A stretch of 64,000 bases of DNA from an uncultured Gammaproteobacteria bacterium (GTDB lineage: Bacteria > Patescibacteriota > Patescibacteriia > JACPL01 > CAZRYK01): positions 267 to 64,266 of the forward strand of contig CAZRYK010000002.1 of assembly GCA_964604315.1 (NCBI GenBank), given 5' to 3'. Below the pieces are notes generated by a model. It ran no database searches, was not told the origin of the DNA, and saw only the letters and a program-made list of their open reading frames with translations. Below, one piece after another: positions 1 to 10,221 of the stretch. Both the position numbers and the translations under genes were made by a program. Every line of letters begins with the position of its first letter. Position 1 is the first letter of the stretch.

Positions 1-772
1 GCTCGATCGCGGTTTGGTATTTAAGCAACTGATTCCTTGACGTTTCGTTGTCTCCATAACGTTTTCGGCTGTAGCTTTTGACTTCATACGAATACGGCAG
101 GCCGTCCCGAGAGATGGGTACGTCAAAATCAATGGCGCTACTTTTTTCCTTATGTTGATGCGCCGCGTCAAATGTCGTTTCACCAGAAGCAAACCCGACA
201 TAATCAACAACAACATCATCCATGGCTTCGGAAAGATCAATGGATTCTCGGCCTTGCTCCACCACGAGAGTAATGCGCGACATTTCAAATGTGACGGCGC
301 GCAACGACGTGATCCGAGTCGCTTCCGAAGGCTTTGTATAAATATCTTTCAGGCGCTTAAGGTATGTCTCTTGCAATTTTTCAGGCAATGCGCCAAATGA
401 CTTGATGGCGCGCTGACGATCGCTCTCCGGAAAGAGGAGATCGTGTTGAAGAGTCTCAAAAAAAGGATCGGTTTTGAAGTCAGGTCGTGCTGTCTCCTGA
501 ACAGGAGCGTTCTCGCGCAATCGAGCGCGAAGCTCCCTTGTGCGTTCTACGGCTCTGGAATAATGAGGGTCAGAACGATCTATCGTACGCAAAAGTCGAA
601 TGTAACCATCGAGAAGCTGTTCCTCAAGCGCTCGATTTCCGCTTTCGAGCGCGAGCGCTTCTCGTTCCAGACGGTCAAATTCATTTTCCGGGGTTGATGA
701 TGGAGCAAGTTCTGCTGAAAAATCTTTTGCCTCATTTGGTTGTTCTTGCTCACTGGGTTCGCTGTTCGTCAT
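1..772 (-). CDS. hypothetical protein, truncated by the window start (C-terminus lies outside the window)
   Basis: ATG at 772 on the minus strand opens a frame that runs to the window edge without a stop (MTNSEPSEQEQPNEAKDF...). It is absent from the ORF track only because it has no stop within the window. The short plus-strand ORFs at 152-774 lie antisense to it. Confidence 0.45.
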   Translation of the reverse strand, partial: MTNSEPSEQEQPNEAKDFSAELAPSSTPENEFDRLEREALALESGNRALEEQLLDGYIRLLRTIDRSDPHYSRAVERTRELRARLRENAPVQETARPDFKTDPFFETLQHDLLFPESDRQRAIKSFGALPEKLQETYLKRLKDIYTKPSEATRITSLRAVTFEMSRITLVVEQGRESIDLSEAMDDVVVDYVGFASGETTFDAAHQHKEKSSAIDFDVPISRDGLPYSYEVKSYSRKRYGDNETSRNQLLKYQTAIE

Positions 773-945
773 AGATAAAAGAGGTGCTTGTGAATACATT
801 ATTACTTTATTAAGAATATCATGAAACTTGATGCTTTGTCCACACAACAAGGGATGGAAAACAGAGACCCCACAAGCTATGAATGAGAACTTTGCCCGCG
901 TCTTGTGATATAATATAAACCGCAATTAGTGGTCAGAAATAAATT

Positions 946-1869
946 ATGGATATTCCAAAAAAATCTGAATTACGCAGGGATTATATTCAAGAGAAGTATG
1001 TGATTATTGCGCCGCAACGAGCGCGACGTCCACACATTGGCACAACCGATGACCACGTGTGCTTTTTTTGTCGCGACACTTTGGATCCCAAAAAAATCCT
1101 TTCGTTCCGCGGTGCCAGTAAAAAAAATTGGGACATTGCGGTGATTCCTAATATTTACCCAGCCGTGACTCTGGAAAACCCCGCGGCATACGGGCAACAA
1201 GAAGTGGTTATTGAAGCGCCGGCGCATAAAATGTTTTTTGAAGATTTGTCTGTTGCACACATCAGCAATATTCTTTCAATCTACGCCGAGCGGACCAAGG
1301 CCATTACCAAAAATAAAAAAATTGAATACGTCCTCATTTTTAAAAATGAAGGCGACAGAGCTGGAGCCTCGATTATGCATGCGCATTCGCAAATTTTTGC
1401 TTCCTCTTTTTTGCCGCCGAACTTGTTGGACAAGTCGCAGAAAGTGCAGGAGTATAAACTGCGCCATGGCACCTGCGTCTATTGCGATACTATTACTCAT
1501 GAGCGAAAAGGCCCGCGCATGGTTTGGGAAGACACGCATATCATTGCCTTTACACCGTATGCGTCCATGCATCATTACGAAGTATGGATCATGCCTAAAC
1601 GCCACATCGACAATGTTCTGGATCTGACCGCCAAGGAGCGCATGTCTTTTGCCAAGATTCTCAAAAGATTGGTTCACAAAATTCACGGGCTCAATTTACC
1701 GTACAACTACTACTTCCATCAAGTGATCCACGACGAAGATCAACACTTATACATGAAAATCACGCCGCGGGGGAGTGTGTGGGCCGGCATAGAAATTGGA
1801 AGCGGCATTATCATCAACACCGTGAGCCCGGAATCCGCCGCAGAATATTACCGAGGGAAAAATCAATAA
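946..1869 (+). CDS. GalT-like HIT-superfamily nucleotidyltransferase (galactose-1-phosphate uridylyltransferase-like)
   Basis: N-terminal CFFC zinc-knuckle-like motif and an H-A-H-S-Q (HxHxQ) motif, characteristic of HIT branch III GalT/Ap4A phosphorylase. Length is 307 aa. Confidence 0.55.
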   Translation: MDIPKKSELRRDYIQEKYVIIAPQRARRPHIGTTDDHVCFFCRDTLDPKKILSFRGASKKNWDIAVIPNIYPAVTLENPAAYGQQEVVIEAPAHKMFFEDLSVAHISNILSIYAERTKAITKNKKIEYVLIFKNEGDRAGASIMHAHSQIFASSFLPPNLLDKSQKVQEYKLRHGTCVYCDTITHERKGPRMVWEDTHIIAFTPYASMHHYEVWIMPKRHIDNVLDLTAKERMSFAKILKRLVHKIHGLNLPYNYYFHQVIHDEDQHLYMKITPRGSVWAGIEIGSGIIINTVSPESAAEYYRGKNQ

Positions 1870-1994
1870 TTTCCATCTCTTACCGCCATCCTTTAACATA
1901 ACGTGTGCCAAAGCCGCGTCCACCAAAAGGTGAACACGGCCCAGGTGGGACGCCTTGTGATACTAAGACCCTTAAAGGTCTTACTCTATTAAGT

Positions 1995-2023
1995 TTGCAT
2001 AACATACAAATCTCTTCTATAAT
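1995..2023 (+). promoter_or_regulatory. sigma70-like promoter (TTGCAT, 17-nt spacer, TATAAT) upstream of the putative toxin-antitoxin pair
   Basis: Near-consensus -35 and -10 hexamers with a 17-nt spacer, read directly from the sequence about 25 nt upstream of the small ORF at 2049. Confidence 0.45.
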
Positions 2024-2048
2024 ATCTATATAAATAACTCTCAAATAT

Positions 2049-2195
2049 ATGCCCCCTAAACCTGCCCGTGAACAAATCTTGGACGATAAATGGCCTCAAG
2101 TTGATAAAAAACAGCAGGAGAGGATCATGAAAGCCCTTAAAAAGGCCTCAAAAGCTAGAATTTTTGACTACCCTCGCGAACACGTGACAGATTAA
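2049..2195 (+). CDS. small ORF (48 codons) immediately upstream of a PIN-domain gene; putative antitoxin
   Basis: ATG at 2049 (MPPKPAREQILDDKWPQVDKKQQERIMKALKKASKARIFDYPREHVTD), TAA stop at 2193-2195, 11 nt before the PIN gene start. It is below the ORF-track length cutoff. The operon position is typical of type II antitoxins. Confidence 0.4.
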   Translation: MPPKPAREQILDDKWPQVDKKQQERIMKALKKASKARIFDYPREHVTD

Positions 2196-2206
2196 CTCAA
2201 TCAGCA

Positions 2207-2716
2207 ATGGTATCGAGATCGCCCATTCTTTTAGATACCTGCATTCTTAATAATCTCCTAAGTAAGGAGAAAAGTTTAGCATCTCAAACCCTTGAACTTT
2301 TATACAAGCTTTCTAAAGAGGAAAATACCTTTTATTTTAGTGAGTTTACGCAGTATGAATTACTGCGTTGCGCGATGGAAGAAAAGAAGAAAGAAATAAA
2401 AGAGTGTTTAGATAACTTTACATTTATTCCTCATTCCAAAGAAAGATTAGAACGCTCAACGCGCCTCTATGAAGCTTACGCTAAGGAACCTTTAACGAAA
2501 AACATTCTTAGCGGTGTATCTGACTGCGACATCTTTATCGGCTCTCTCATCTTTACGAAAAACAAACCACTGCTTCTTACGGCAGATTACTCCGATTTCC
2601 CGCGCCCACTTTTTATTGAAAAAGATATCCACGCAATAGAATTCACGAAAAAGGGAAATAAAAAAACGTGCTTGTACTACTATCTACTCCAAGCAAATCT
2701 AGAAACCCTCTCCTAA
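2207..2716 (+). CDS. PIN-domain protein (VapC-like toxin)
   Basis: N-terminal ILLDTCIL (first conserved Asp) and C-terminal LLTADYSDF (T-x-D motif). Acidic residues are spaced as in the PIN fold. Confidence 0.6.
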   Translation: MVSRSPILLDTCILNNLLSKEKSLASQTLELLYKLSKEENTFYFSEFTQYELLRCAMEEKKKEIKECLDNFTFIPHSKERLERSTRLYEAYAKEPLTKNILSGVSDCDIFIGSLIFTKNKPLLLTADYSDFPRPLFIEKDIHAIEFTKKGNKKTCLYYYLLQANLETLS

Positions 2717-2816
2717 AAATCTTCAGGGATTCCTTTGTCAACTCACAAGACATCACGTTTGAATAACTACCAAGACGTCTTGAGGGGCTCGGAAAAACAA
2801 TAATATTTTCGTGCAC

Positions 2817-4010
2817 CTACGAGATTTTCAAAAACTTTCTCTTACCTACTTGAAGCACGTCTCCTTTTTGGGGAACAACATCCCAAGATGAGATTTTTTT
2901 ATCGTTGATCTTGGCGCCGCCTTGGGAAATAACGCGCTTGGCTTCGCTTTTGGATGCCAGTAACCCGCTATCGACTAAAAGATCAAGGACGTCTGCCTTC
3001 TTGGCATTGGCGAATGTCGGAATGACATCGGGTTTTTGTTTGTCTTTGAAAATATGGTTAAACTCATTGCCGGCTTTTTGCGCTTCCGCAACATTATAGT
3101 AAAACGTCACAATGGTTTTTGCCAGCTCAAATTTCACGTCGCGGGGATTGCGCTTTCCGGCTTTCATGTCTTTCATGGTCTTTTCAATATCTTCCATCGG
3201 AACATCGGTTGCCAGTTCAAAGTATTGCCCAATCAGATTATCGTTAATTGACATGATCTTCCCAAACATGTCTTTGGCCGTATCTTTCACCGCGACGATA
3301 TTGTTAAAGCTCTTGCTCATTTTCCGGCCATCGGTTCCTTCTAACATCTTAAACGTCATGACGATCTTTTCTTTGCCCAAAAGTTCGGACACCAGTGCGC
3401 GTCCGGCCAACATATTAAAAAGTTGATCCGAGCCGCCGACTTCCATATCGACCCCCATGGCAACCGAATCGTACCCTTGCATCAACGGATACAAAAATTC
3501 ATGCAAATGAATCGGCTTTCCGGCTTTCATACGTTCTTGATACATGTCGCGTTCCAAAAATTGCTGAACCGTAAAATGTGCCGCCATCTGAATCACTTCA
3601 CGAAAACTCATGTTGTCGAGCCACTCGGCATTGTAACGAAGCTCTGCCGGATTGCGCTTATCGGTGAAATCTAAAATTTTTGACGCCTGCTCTTTATACT
3701 TCTTCGCATTTGCCAACACCTCTGCGTGTGTTAAAGGTTTGCGCGTGGCGTCGCGGTCTGTGGGGTCGCCAATCCGGCCGGTGAAATCGCCGATCAGCAA
3801 AATGATTTTATGCCCCAAGTCTTGCAAGGCGCGAAGTTTACGCAAAGCGATAGCATGACCTAAATGAATGTCGGCGCCCGTTGGGTCCACGCCCAAATAC
3901 ACGATTAAGGGTTTTTTGCCGGACAGCCGCTCAACTAAAACCTTTTTCCCAATAATCTCACTTACACCCCGTGTCAGAATATCGTTTATTACGTTTTCAC
4001 TTGTTGCCAT
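2817..4010 (-). CDS. tyrS: tyrosine--tRNA ligase
   Basis: HLGH (HIGH) and KMSKS class-I motifs, GDFTGRIGDP, and a C-terminal S4-like domain (AKRVISQGGAKIN). Confidence 0.9.
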   Translation of the reverse strand: MATSENVINDILTRGVSEIIGKKVLVERLSGKKPLIVYLGVDPTGADIHLGHAIALRKLRALQDLGHKIILLIGDFTGRIGDPTDRDATRKPLTHAEVLANAKKYKEQASKILDFTDKRNPAELRYNAEWLDNMSFREVIQMAAHFTVQQFLERDMYQERMKAGKPIHLHEFLYPLMQGYDSVAMGVDMEVGGSDQLFNMLAGRALVSELLGKEKIVMTFKMLEGTDGRKMSKSFNNIVAVKDTAKDMFGKIMSINDNLIGQYFELATDVPMEDIEKTMKDMKAGKRNPRDVKFELAKTIVTFYYNVAEAQKAGNEFNHIFKDKQKPDVIPTFANAKKADVLDLLVDSGLLASKSEAKRVISQGGAKINDKKISSWDVVPQKGDVLQVGKRKFLKIS

Positions 4011-4070
4011 AAAAATCGTTTAAAATCATTGTAACTCTATCAAAATTTTTGCTATACTTCAAGCATGCAT

Positions 4071-4146
4071 GTACAGCAGTCAGCCGTCAGCTGACAGAAA
4101 ATAAAAAATGTTTTAAACACTGACCACTGTCTACTGACAGCTGATT
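4071..4146. repeat. intergenic palindrome-rich element, copy 1: GTCAGCTGAC blocks flanking AAAAATGTTTTAAA
   Basis: Contains ...cagcagtcagccGTCAGCTGACAgaaaatAAAAAATGTTTTAAAcactgaccactgtctaCTGACAGCTGa... Composition is shared with 18624-18700. It sits in the divergent tyrS/PBP promoter region. Confidence 0.45.
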
Positions 4147-4153
4147 CCCCCTT

Positions 4154-7036
4154 ATGCCCATTCCTTCTCTTAAAACCGTTCACCCGCATAAAAAGGCCGC
4201 GGGAAAGGACGAAAAAAAACCGCATCCTTCGGCGGAAAAACCCCACCATCCCCATAAAAAAAAGACGCGGGGAGTGAAACTTTGGTTTAAACGCCTGGCA
4301 AAAATCGCCGTTTTTGCAGGTGTTGCCGGCGTATTTGCGTTTGCCGCGGCATTGGCATGGTTTTCGCGCGATCTTCCAGACACGGAAAAACTCTTACAGC
4401 GCAATCTTGCCCAAAGCACAAAAATTTACGACCGCACGGGCGAACATCTTTTGTACGAAATTCATGGCGATGAAAAACGCACGGTCATTGAGCTTGACGA
4501 TATTTCCCAAGACGCCATTGAAGCGACACTGGCTTCCGAAGACCAAAAATTTTACCAGCATCACGGTTTTGACGTCAAAGGGATTACGCGATCCGCGCTG
4601 TCAAACTTTTTTGGCGGCGGCCGAGCGGGCGGTTCCACCATCACGCAACAGTTTGTCAAAAATTCCATTCTCACGCCAGAAAAAACCTATACCCGCAAAA
4701 TCAAAGAGCTCGCTATTTCTTGGCGTTTGGAAAGTCGGTATTCCAAAGACGAGATTCTGAAATTTTATTTAAACGAAATTCCGTATGGACGCAATGCGTA
4801 CGGCATTGAATCCGCGGCCTTTACCTATTTTAATAAATCGGCTAAAGATTTAACGCTCGCAGAATCTGCAACGCTTTCGTCGATGTTGCCAGCGCCCACA
4901 TATTATTTTAATAATGTCAGTGATCTTACCACGCGCAGAAATGCCGTGTTAAATGAAATGGTCGATTTGGGCTATGCCACGCCTGAAGAAGCGCAACAAG
5001 CCAAAGACTTGGTCATTACGTTTCAGCCGCCGAGGGAAAATATTACCGCGCCGCATTTTGTTTTTTATGTCCGCGAGCAATTAGAAGAATTATTTGGCGA
5101 TCAATTAGTGGAACAAGGGGGATTAAAAGTCATCACCAGTATCGATCTTCCTAAGCAAAAAATTGCCGAAGAGGCGGTTGCCGAAAATATTGCCAAAGTG
5201 GAAGCCCGTGGCGGCGATAATGCCTCGCTTGTTTCCATTGACACCAAAACCAAACAGATTGTCGCCATGGTTGGGTCGCGGGATTTCTTTGACGCAGACC
5301 ACGATGGCCAAGTCAATATTGCTACCACGCTCCAACAACCCGGTTCGTCACTAAAGCCTTTTGTGTATTTAACCGCGTTTTCATTGGGCTACCCGCCAGA
5401 GACGATTCTTTTTGATCTTGTCACGGATTTCCCCACCGCGTCCGGCAACTACACACCGCATAATTATAATGGCGGGGAACGCGGCCCGCTATCGATGCGT
5501 CGTGCTCTGCAGGGTTCGTTGAATATCCCGGCGGTCAAAACCTTGTACTTAGTGGGTTTTGAAAAAATGTACAATACCTTGGAGGCGTTTGGCTACACCA
5601 CCTTTGCCGGACGGCCCGAGAATTTATCGCTGGTGTTGGGCGGAAGCGACGTGAAATTATTAGAGCACACCTATGCCTATTCTAGCCTTGCGCGCGAAGG
5701 CGTGTCGCACCCGTTAACATCGGTTTTGAAAGTGACAGACAAAGACGGTAAAACGCTTTTAGAATGGAAAGAAACCGACGGAGAACGGATTTTTGACAAA
5801 AACGCGGTGCGTATTCTAAATAATGTCCTTACCGATGACGCGGCACGCAGTTACGTTTTTGGCCGCGGAAGTTTATTAACGCTTCCAGACCGACCCGTGG
5901 CAGTCAAAACCGGAACCACGCAAGATTACCGCGATGCCTGGACCGTAGGGTATACGCCGAGTATTGCCGCCGGCGTATGGGTTGGCACAACCGATAACAC
6001 CGAAATGAACCGTGGAGCTGACGGCAGTATTATTGCCGCGCCGATTTGGAACACCTACATGAAAAAAGTTCTGACCGGCACACCCGTGGAAACCTTTAAT
6101 GCCCCAGAAATCCCCAAGGTCGACAAACCCTTATTGAACGGCCAGATCGATGAACTTTCGGTGCATACCGTGGATCGCGTCACCGGAAAAATTATTCCGG
6201 ATGCGTGTCTAGATACCTACCCGGCAGAATTTAAAGAAGAGCGTCAGTTTAAAGAGACCCACACCCTTTTGCATTACGTAGACAAAAGCGATCCTTCCGG
6301 GGCTGTACCGACCAATCCAGAGACCGACCCCATGTATAAAGCGTGGGAAGACAAGGTTCAACGATGGGCGCGTGGGCAAAAGGGGTACTTGGTAAACGCT
6401 TTAGAATTTGCGGACTGTTCTTTGCGCAGTACGGAAAATCTGCCCACGGTTTCTGTCACGTCGCCGGCCAATGGTTCTACACAAACACCTGCGAGCTTTG
6501 CTATTACCGCGTCCATTACCCCTGGGACAAACCGCACGCTTACCAAAGTCGTGTATCAAATCGACAACGTGACTATTGACACCGAAACCACGGCGCCGTT
6601 TACCACCGACTATCAACCCACAAATCTGACGTTTGGAGCGCATACACTGACGGTCACGGCAACAAACGATCTTTCGAATACCGGCACTGCTTCCACGACC
6701 TTTACCTACGCAGAAGGGGGCAACGATGCGTCACAAGCATTGCTCTTTATGAGCCCAACACATAATGAACAATTGTATCTTTATCAAGAGCCGTTTACCG
6801 TTCAACTTTCCGTAACCGACGAAACGGTTATTCAAACCCTAGAAGTCTTTGAGCGGTCGGTTGGGCAAAACGGCAGTGTCTTTGCAACCTTAACCGCACC
6901 CATCAGTAAAACCCCCACGGTTTCATGGACGCCTACTTCAACTGGAACCTACGACCTCTACTTTAACGTTCATACATCGAGCGGGATTCAAACATCCGAC
7001 CGCATTACCGTGGATGTCTCTCAAGGACTACGATAA
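4154..7036 (+). CDS. penicillin-binding protein 1A (bifunctional transglycosylase/transpeptidase) with a C-terminal Ig-like extension
   Basis: GT51 motifs EDQKFYQHHGFD, GGSTITQQ and RKIKE. Transpeptidase motifs SSLKP (SxxK), SLN and KTGT. A Thr/Ser-rich beta-sandwich-like tail follows. Confidence 0.9.
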   Translation: MPIPSLKTVHPHKKAAGKDEKKPHPSAEKPHHPHKKKTRGVKLWFKRLAKIAVFAGVAGVFAFAAALAWFSRDLPDTEKLLQRNLAQSTKIYDRTGEHLLYEIHGDEKRTVIELDDISQDAIEATLASEDQKFYQHHGFDVKGITRSALSNFFGGGRAGGSTITQQFVKNSILTPEKTYTRKIKELAISWRLESRYSKDEILKFYLNEIPYGRNAYGIESAAFTYFNKSAKDLTLAESATLSSMLPAPTYYFNNVSDLTTRRNAVLNEMVDLGYATPEEAQQAKDLVITFQPPRENITAPHFVFYVREQLEELFGDQLVEQGGLKVITSIDLPKQKIAEEAVAENIAKVEARGGDNASLVSIDTKTKQIVAMVGSRDFFDADHDGQVNIATTLQQPGSSLKPFVYLTAFSLGYPPETILFDLVTDFPTASGNYTPHNYNGGERGPLSMRRALQGSLNIPAVKTLYLVGFEKMYNTLEAFGYTTFAGRPENLSLVLGGSDVKLLEHTYAYSSLAREGVSHPLTSVLKVTDKDGKTLLEWKETDGERIFDKNAVRILNNVLTDDAARSYVFGRGSLLTLPDRPVAVKTGTTQDYRDAWTVGYTPSIAAGVWVGTTDNTEMNRGADGSIIAAPIWNTYMKKVLTGTPVETFNAPEIPKVDKPLLNGQIDELSVHTVDRVTGKIIPDACLDTYPAEFKEERQFKETHTLLHYVDKSDPSGAVPTNPETDPMYKAWEDKVQRWARGQKGYLVNALEFADCSLRSTENLPTVSVTSPANGSTQTPASFAITASITPGTNRTLTKVVYQIDNVTIDTETTAPFTTDYQPTNLTFGAHTLTVTATNDLSNTGTASTTFTYAEGGNDASQALLFMSPTHNEQLYLYQEPFTVQLSVTDETVIQTLEVFERSVGQNGSVFATLTAPISKTPTVSWTPTSTGTYDLYFNVHTSSGIQTSDRITVDVSQGLR

Positions 7037-7321
7037 CTGCACACGAAGCCTCTGAATACCCGGATGCTGTTTTTGAATCTGCTCTAAAATCCGCCGCTCA
7101 CGCAGCCGGATTTCATTGGCCAAAACCGAGCTTTGGACTCGCACACAAAGCTCATCACCGCGCACATAGAGTGGAGTAATACGTTGTTGAAGCTCTGGGC
7201 CAAATAACTCCCGAAAAACTGTTGTGGCGCAATCTAGTGCGCTGGAAGCATGCACATGGCGCTGAATCCCTGCACGATTCAAAGCGCTCGGTAAAAGATC
7301 GGGAAGTTTAAGAAAAGACAT
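7028..7321 (-). CDS. small protein downstream of dnaN; DUF721/DciA-like candidate
   Basis: 97 aa in the dnaA-dnaN neighbourhood where DUF721 genes typically sit. The family assignment comes from context, not a strong motif. Confidence 0.4.
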   Translation of the reverse strand: MSFLKLPDLLPSALNRAGIQRHVHASSALDCATTVFRELFGPELQQRITPLYVRGDELCVRVQSSVLANEIRLRERRILEQIQKQHPGIQRLRVQLS

Positions 7322-7329
7322 GATGACTA

Positions 7330-7428
7330 GCTGTAAGTAGTAAGTAATAAGCGGTAAGTAAGGGGTAAGTAACCTTTAAGAAATACTTATTACTTACAGC
7401 TTACTACTTATTACTGCTTAATCGGCAT
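7330..7428. repeat. long imperfect hairpin built from GTAAGTA / TTACTTAC units (GTAAGTA-rich repeat family)
   Basis: gctgtaagtagtaagtaataagcggtaagtaaggggtaagtaacc ... tacttattacttacagcttactacttattactgctta. Arms are reverse-complementary with imperfections. Related copies occur at 19014-19110 and 60590-60660. Confidence 0.6.
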
Positions 7429-8517
7429 CACAATATATACATACCCTTCCGAGTCTACGGGTTTAATCAGGCCCGGGCTGGAATGATCGACAAATTGTAA
7501 CTGAATGTCGGAAGTGGGCATATTTAGCAAGCCATCCAATAAATAGCGATGGTTAAACACAATCGACAACGCCGCGCCGGTTATTTCTGGGTGGAGCGTA
7601 ATGGTATTTTCCCCAATTTGCGCATTGGACGATGAAACAATGCAGGTTTTGTTTTCCGGTTGTAAGTCCAACACCACGTCGTTAATTCCGGACTTCGAGA
7701 ACAAACTGGCGGTTTTAATGGTTTTTACTAATTCATCGCGCGAAATGGTCATGGTTGCTGTCGCATTTTTAGGAATAATTTGCTCATAATCCGGATAATG
7801 TCCTTCAATCAAGCGCGACACAAACTGAATATCGTCAACATAAAAGACAATTTGATTCTCTGTCACTTCCACACGCACGTCGTTCTCCGCCGCGTCGGGC
7901 AACAACCGCAATAACTCTTGCCATGCGCGCCCGGGCACAATCACTTTCCCTTCTTGGGCCGGACTTTGCGTAATGGCTATTTTGCGTTCCGCTAAACGGT
8001 AACTATCGGTTGCGGCACAAATAAGCTGATTGCCGGAAAACCGCAAAAAGACTCCGCTAATTTCTGGCCGGGTTTCATCAAAAGCCACAGCAAAAGCGGT
8101 TTCCGCAACAGCAGATTTTAACTCCCCGGCATTCAAATGGAATTGATTCCCGTTTTGCACATCGGGTAGAACCGGAAATTCTTCGGTGGGTTGGCCCTTT
8201 AACACGGTATGAAAATTTTCGCATTGAACTTTTAATTCTGAACCACTGGAGGACAAATCGACTTTTTGATGCGGAAGTAAAGTTACGTAATCACTTAAAA
8301 GCCGCGCTGGAACGGTAATTTCTCCTTCTTCCTCTACTTTGCCACGCACAAAACATTTGACGCCCATTTCTAAGTTCGTCGACAATAATTCACAACCCGA
8401 CGCTGTTGCACGTAACAATAAATTATTTAAAATCGGTAAGCTGGTATTCTTCCCCGCAAGATGTGATGTTAATTGAATACCTCGTGAAAGATTTTCTTGT
8501 GTGCAAGATAGTTTCAT
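7411..8517 (-). CDS. dnaN: DNA polymerase III beta sliding clamp
   Basis: 368 aa with a three-domain clamp-like profile, immediately downstream of dnaA. Confidence 0.9.
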   Translation of the reverse strand: MKLSCTQENLSRGIQLTSHLAGKNTSLPILNNLLLRATASGCELLSTNLEMGVKCFVRGKVEEEGEITVPARLLSDYVTLLPHQKVDLSSSGSELKVQCENFHTVLKGQPTEEFPVLPDVQNGNQFHLNAGELKSAVAETAFAVAFDETRPEISGVFLRFSGNQLICAATDSYRLAERKIAITQSPAQEGKVIVPGRAWQELLRLLPDAAENDVRVEVTENQIVFYVDDIQFVSRLIEGHYPDYEQIIPKNATATMTISRDELVKTIKTASLFSKSGINDVVLDLQPENKTCIVSSSNAQIGENTITLHPEITGAALSIVFNHRYLLDGLLNMPTSDIQLQFVDHSSPGLIKPVDSEGYVYIVMPIKQ

Positions 8518-8738
8518 AAGATATAAGAAAGGTCTTTTTAATTAGTAGTAGTAATAAGCCCTGTGGAAACGCGGGATAAGCCGTTTTTGCGTGCAATGTA
8601 AGAGGTCTTTTTTGGGAAAACTCCTGCGCATGGATTCCGTATAGTCTGGGGATGATTTTGGCTTGTGTTTTTGTGCTGTGGAGAACGGCTATTTTGTTCA
8701 CAACTTCGCACGCTGTTCTCCCTTCCTTTTCCGCAACC

Positions 8739-8758
8739 TTATACACACATTATCCCCG
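8739..8758. promoter_or_regulatory. DnaA-box-like sequences (TTATACACA, TTATCCCCG) in the dnaA-dnaN intergenic region
   Basis: 8/9 and 7/9 matches to TTATCCACA, read directly from the sequence. Confidence 0.35.
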
Positions 8759-8777
8759 AAAAAGCGTTCGCGAAGCA

Positions 8778-10166
8778 TTAAGAATGGTAAATTTTTTGAC
8801 GCAACGAGACAATGTCTTGTTTAATGCGCTCGTCTTTGTGAACGTATTCTTCCATTTTGGTGCATGCATGCATGGCGGTGGTATGATCGCGTCCGCCAAA
8901 CTCGCGGCCAATGCTGGGGTAACTGCTATTCATTTCCGCGCGCATTAAATACATGGCGATTTGCCGCGGAATCACCAATTCTTTTTTGCGGCTTCCTCCG
9001 GTGATCTCCTCAATAGTGATATCAAAAAACACCGACACCACTTCAATGATCCGTTTAGGTGTAATGGCGCCGCGTTGCCCGTTTTGCACCGCGCTTCCTA
9101 AGATTTCTTTGGCCTGCTCCAGGTCAATATTGATTCTTTTTAAGTCGCGAAAGGCCGAGAGCTTGTTCAGCGCGCCCTCTAGCTCGCGGATGTTGCTTTG
9201 GATATTTTCCGCAATATAATGCAAGACATCTTCCTGGAATTCTACGCCCCATTCTTGGCACTTTTTTTCAATAATCGCCATGCGGGTTTCGAATTCCGGA
9301 ACCGAAATGTCGGCGATCATGCCCCATTGGAATCGCGACACCAAACGATCTTCCAACGCCGGAATCGCCTTGGGCGGCCGGTCAGACGTTAAAATAATTT
9401 GTTTATCGGCTTGGTGCAGGGTATTAAACGTGTGGAAAAACTCTTCTTGCGTGCCTTCTTTTCCGGAAATAAACTGAATATCGTCAATTAAGAGCACGTC
9501 CACATTACGGTAGCGTTTTTTGAAATTTTCACTTTGCCCCTCTTGCACGGATTTAATAAATTCATTGGTGAATCGTTCGCTGGTAACATAGACCACGCGC
9601 GCTTTAGGGTAGTGGCGCTGAATTTCGTGGCCCACCGCTTGCATAATATGGGTTTTCCCCAACCCCACACCACCATAAATAAAAAGCGGGTTATACACTG
9701 TGCCCGGACTTTTAACAACCGCCATACACGCGGCCCGCGCCAATTCATTGTTTTTGCCCACAATAAAGTTGTCGAACGTGTATTTGGGGTTGAGGCCACC
9801 GGAAGACATTTGTGGAGCAATAATGGCATCCATAGAGGGCGAAGGTTGAGGGTTGAGTATTTGTTGTTGAATCGTTGCGGGGTTTTGCACAGGCGTGCGT
9901 GCCGCATCCACACTTTTTTTCGTTGCCACACGGTAGGTAATCTTCAAAACCGCTAATCCTGTCACACTTTGCAATGCTCGAGTGATCTCTTTATGGTATT
10001 TTTGCTCCAACCACGACATGGTAAAGGTGTTGGGGCAGGCAATGACCACGTTCGCGTCTTCGTGAACATCAACAAACGTGTTTTTAAACCACGTTGTGAA
10101 GTTCGCTTTACTCAAAGAGAGCTCCAGTTCGCCCAATACTGCTTGCCACAGTTGATCTCTTTCCAT
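8778..10166 (-). CDS. dnaA: chromosomal replication initiator DnaA
   Basis: AAA+ Walker A GVGLGKTH plus the domain IV DNA-binding region. The start is taken at the internal Met (MERDQLW, ATG at 10166). The longer track ORF would run over the DnaA boxes. Confidence 0.9.
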   Translation of the reverse strand: MERDQLWQAVLGELELSLSKANFTTWFKNTFVDVHEDANVVIACPNTFTMSWLEQKYHKEITRALQSVTGLAVLKITYRVATKKSVDAARTPVQNPATIQQQILNPQPSPSMDAIIAPQMSSGGLNPKYTFDNFIVGKNNELARAACMAVVKSPGTVYNPLFIYGGVGLGKTHIMQAVGHEIQRHYPKARVVYVTSERFTNEFIKSVQEGQSENFKKRYRNVDVLLIDDIQFISGKEGTQEEFFHTFNTLHQADKQIILTSDRPPKAIPALEDRLVSRFQWGMIADISVPEFETRMAIIEKKCQEWGVEFQEDVLHYIAENIQSNIRELEGALNKLSAFRDLKRINIDLEQAKEILGSAVQNGQRGAITPKRIIEVVSVFFDITIEEITGGSRKKELVIPRQIAMYLMRAEMNSSYPSIGREFGGRDHTTAMHACTKMEEYVHKDERIKQDIVSLRQKIYHS

Positions 10167-10221
10167 AGTTTCCTTAGTTTTTTTACCAAAGGAATTATTG
10201 CGTGGAACTATCATAGCACAA

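Noticed and set aside
152-774. Plus-strand ORFs 152-400, 443-697 and 487-774
   Set aside because: They lie antisense to a longer minus-strand frame (start ATG at 772) that runs off the window edge. They are most likely shadow ORFs.
4180-6650. Antisense and alternate-frame ORFs inside the PBP1A, hppA, dnaA, large surface protein and uvrD genes
   Set aside because: They sit within well-supported long genes on the opposite strand or in another frame, and are typical shadow ORFs.
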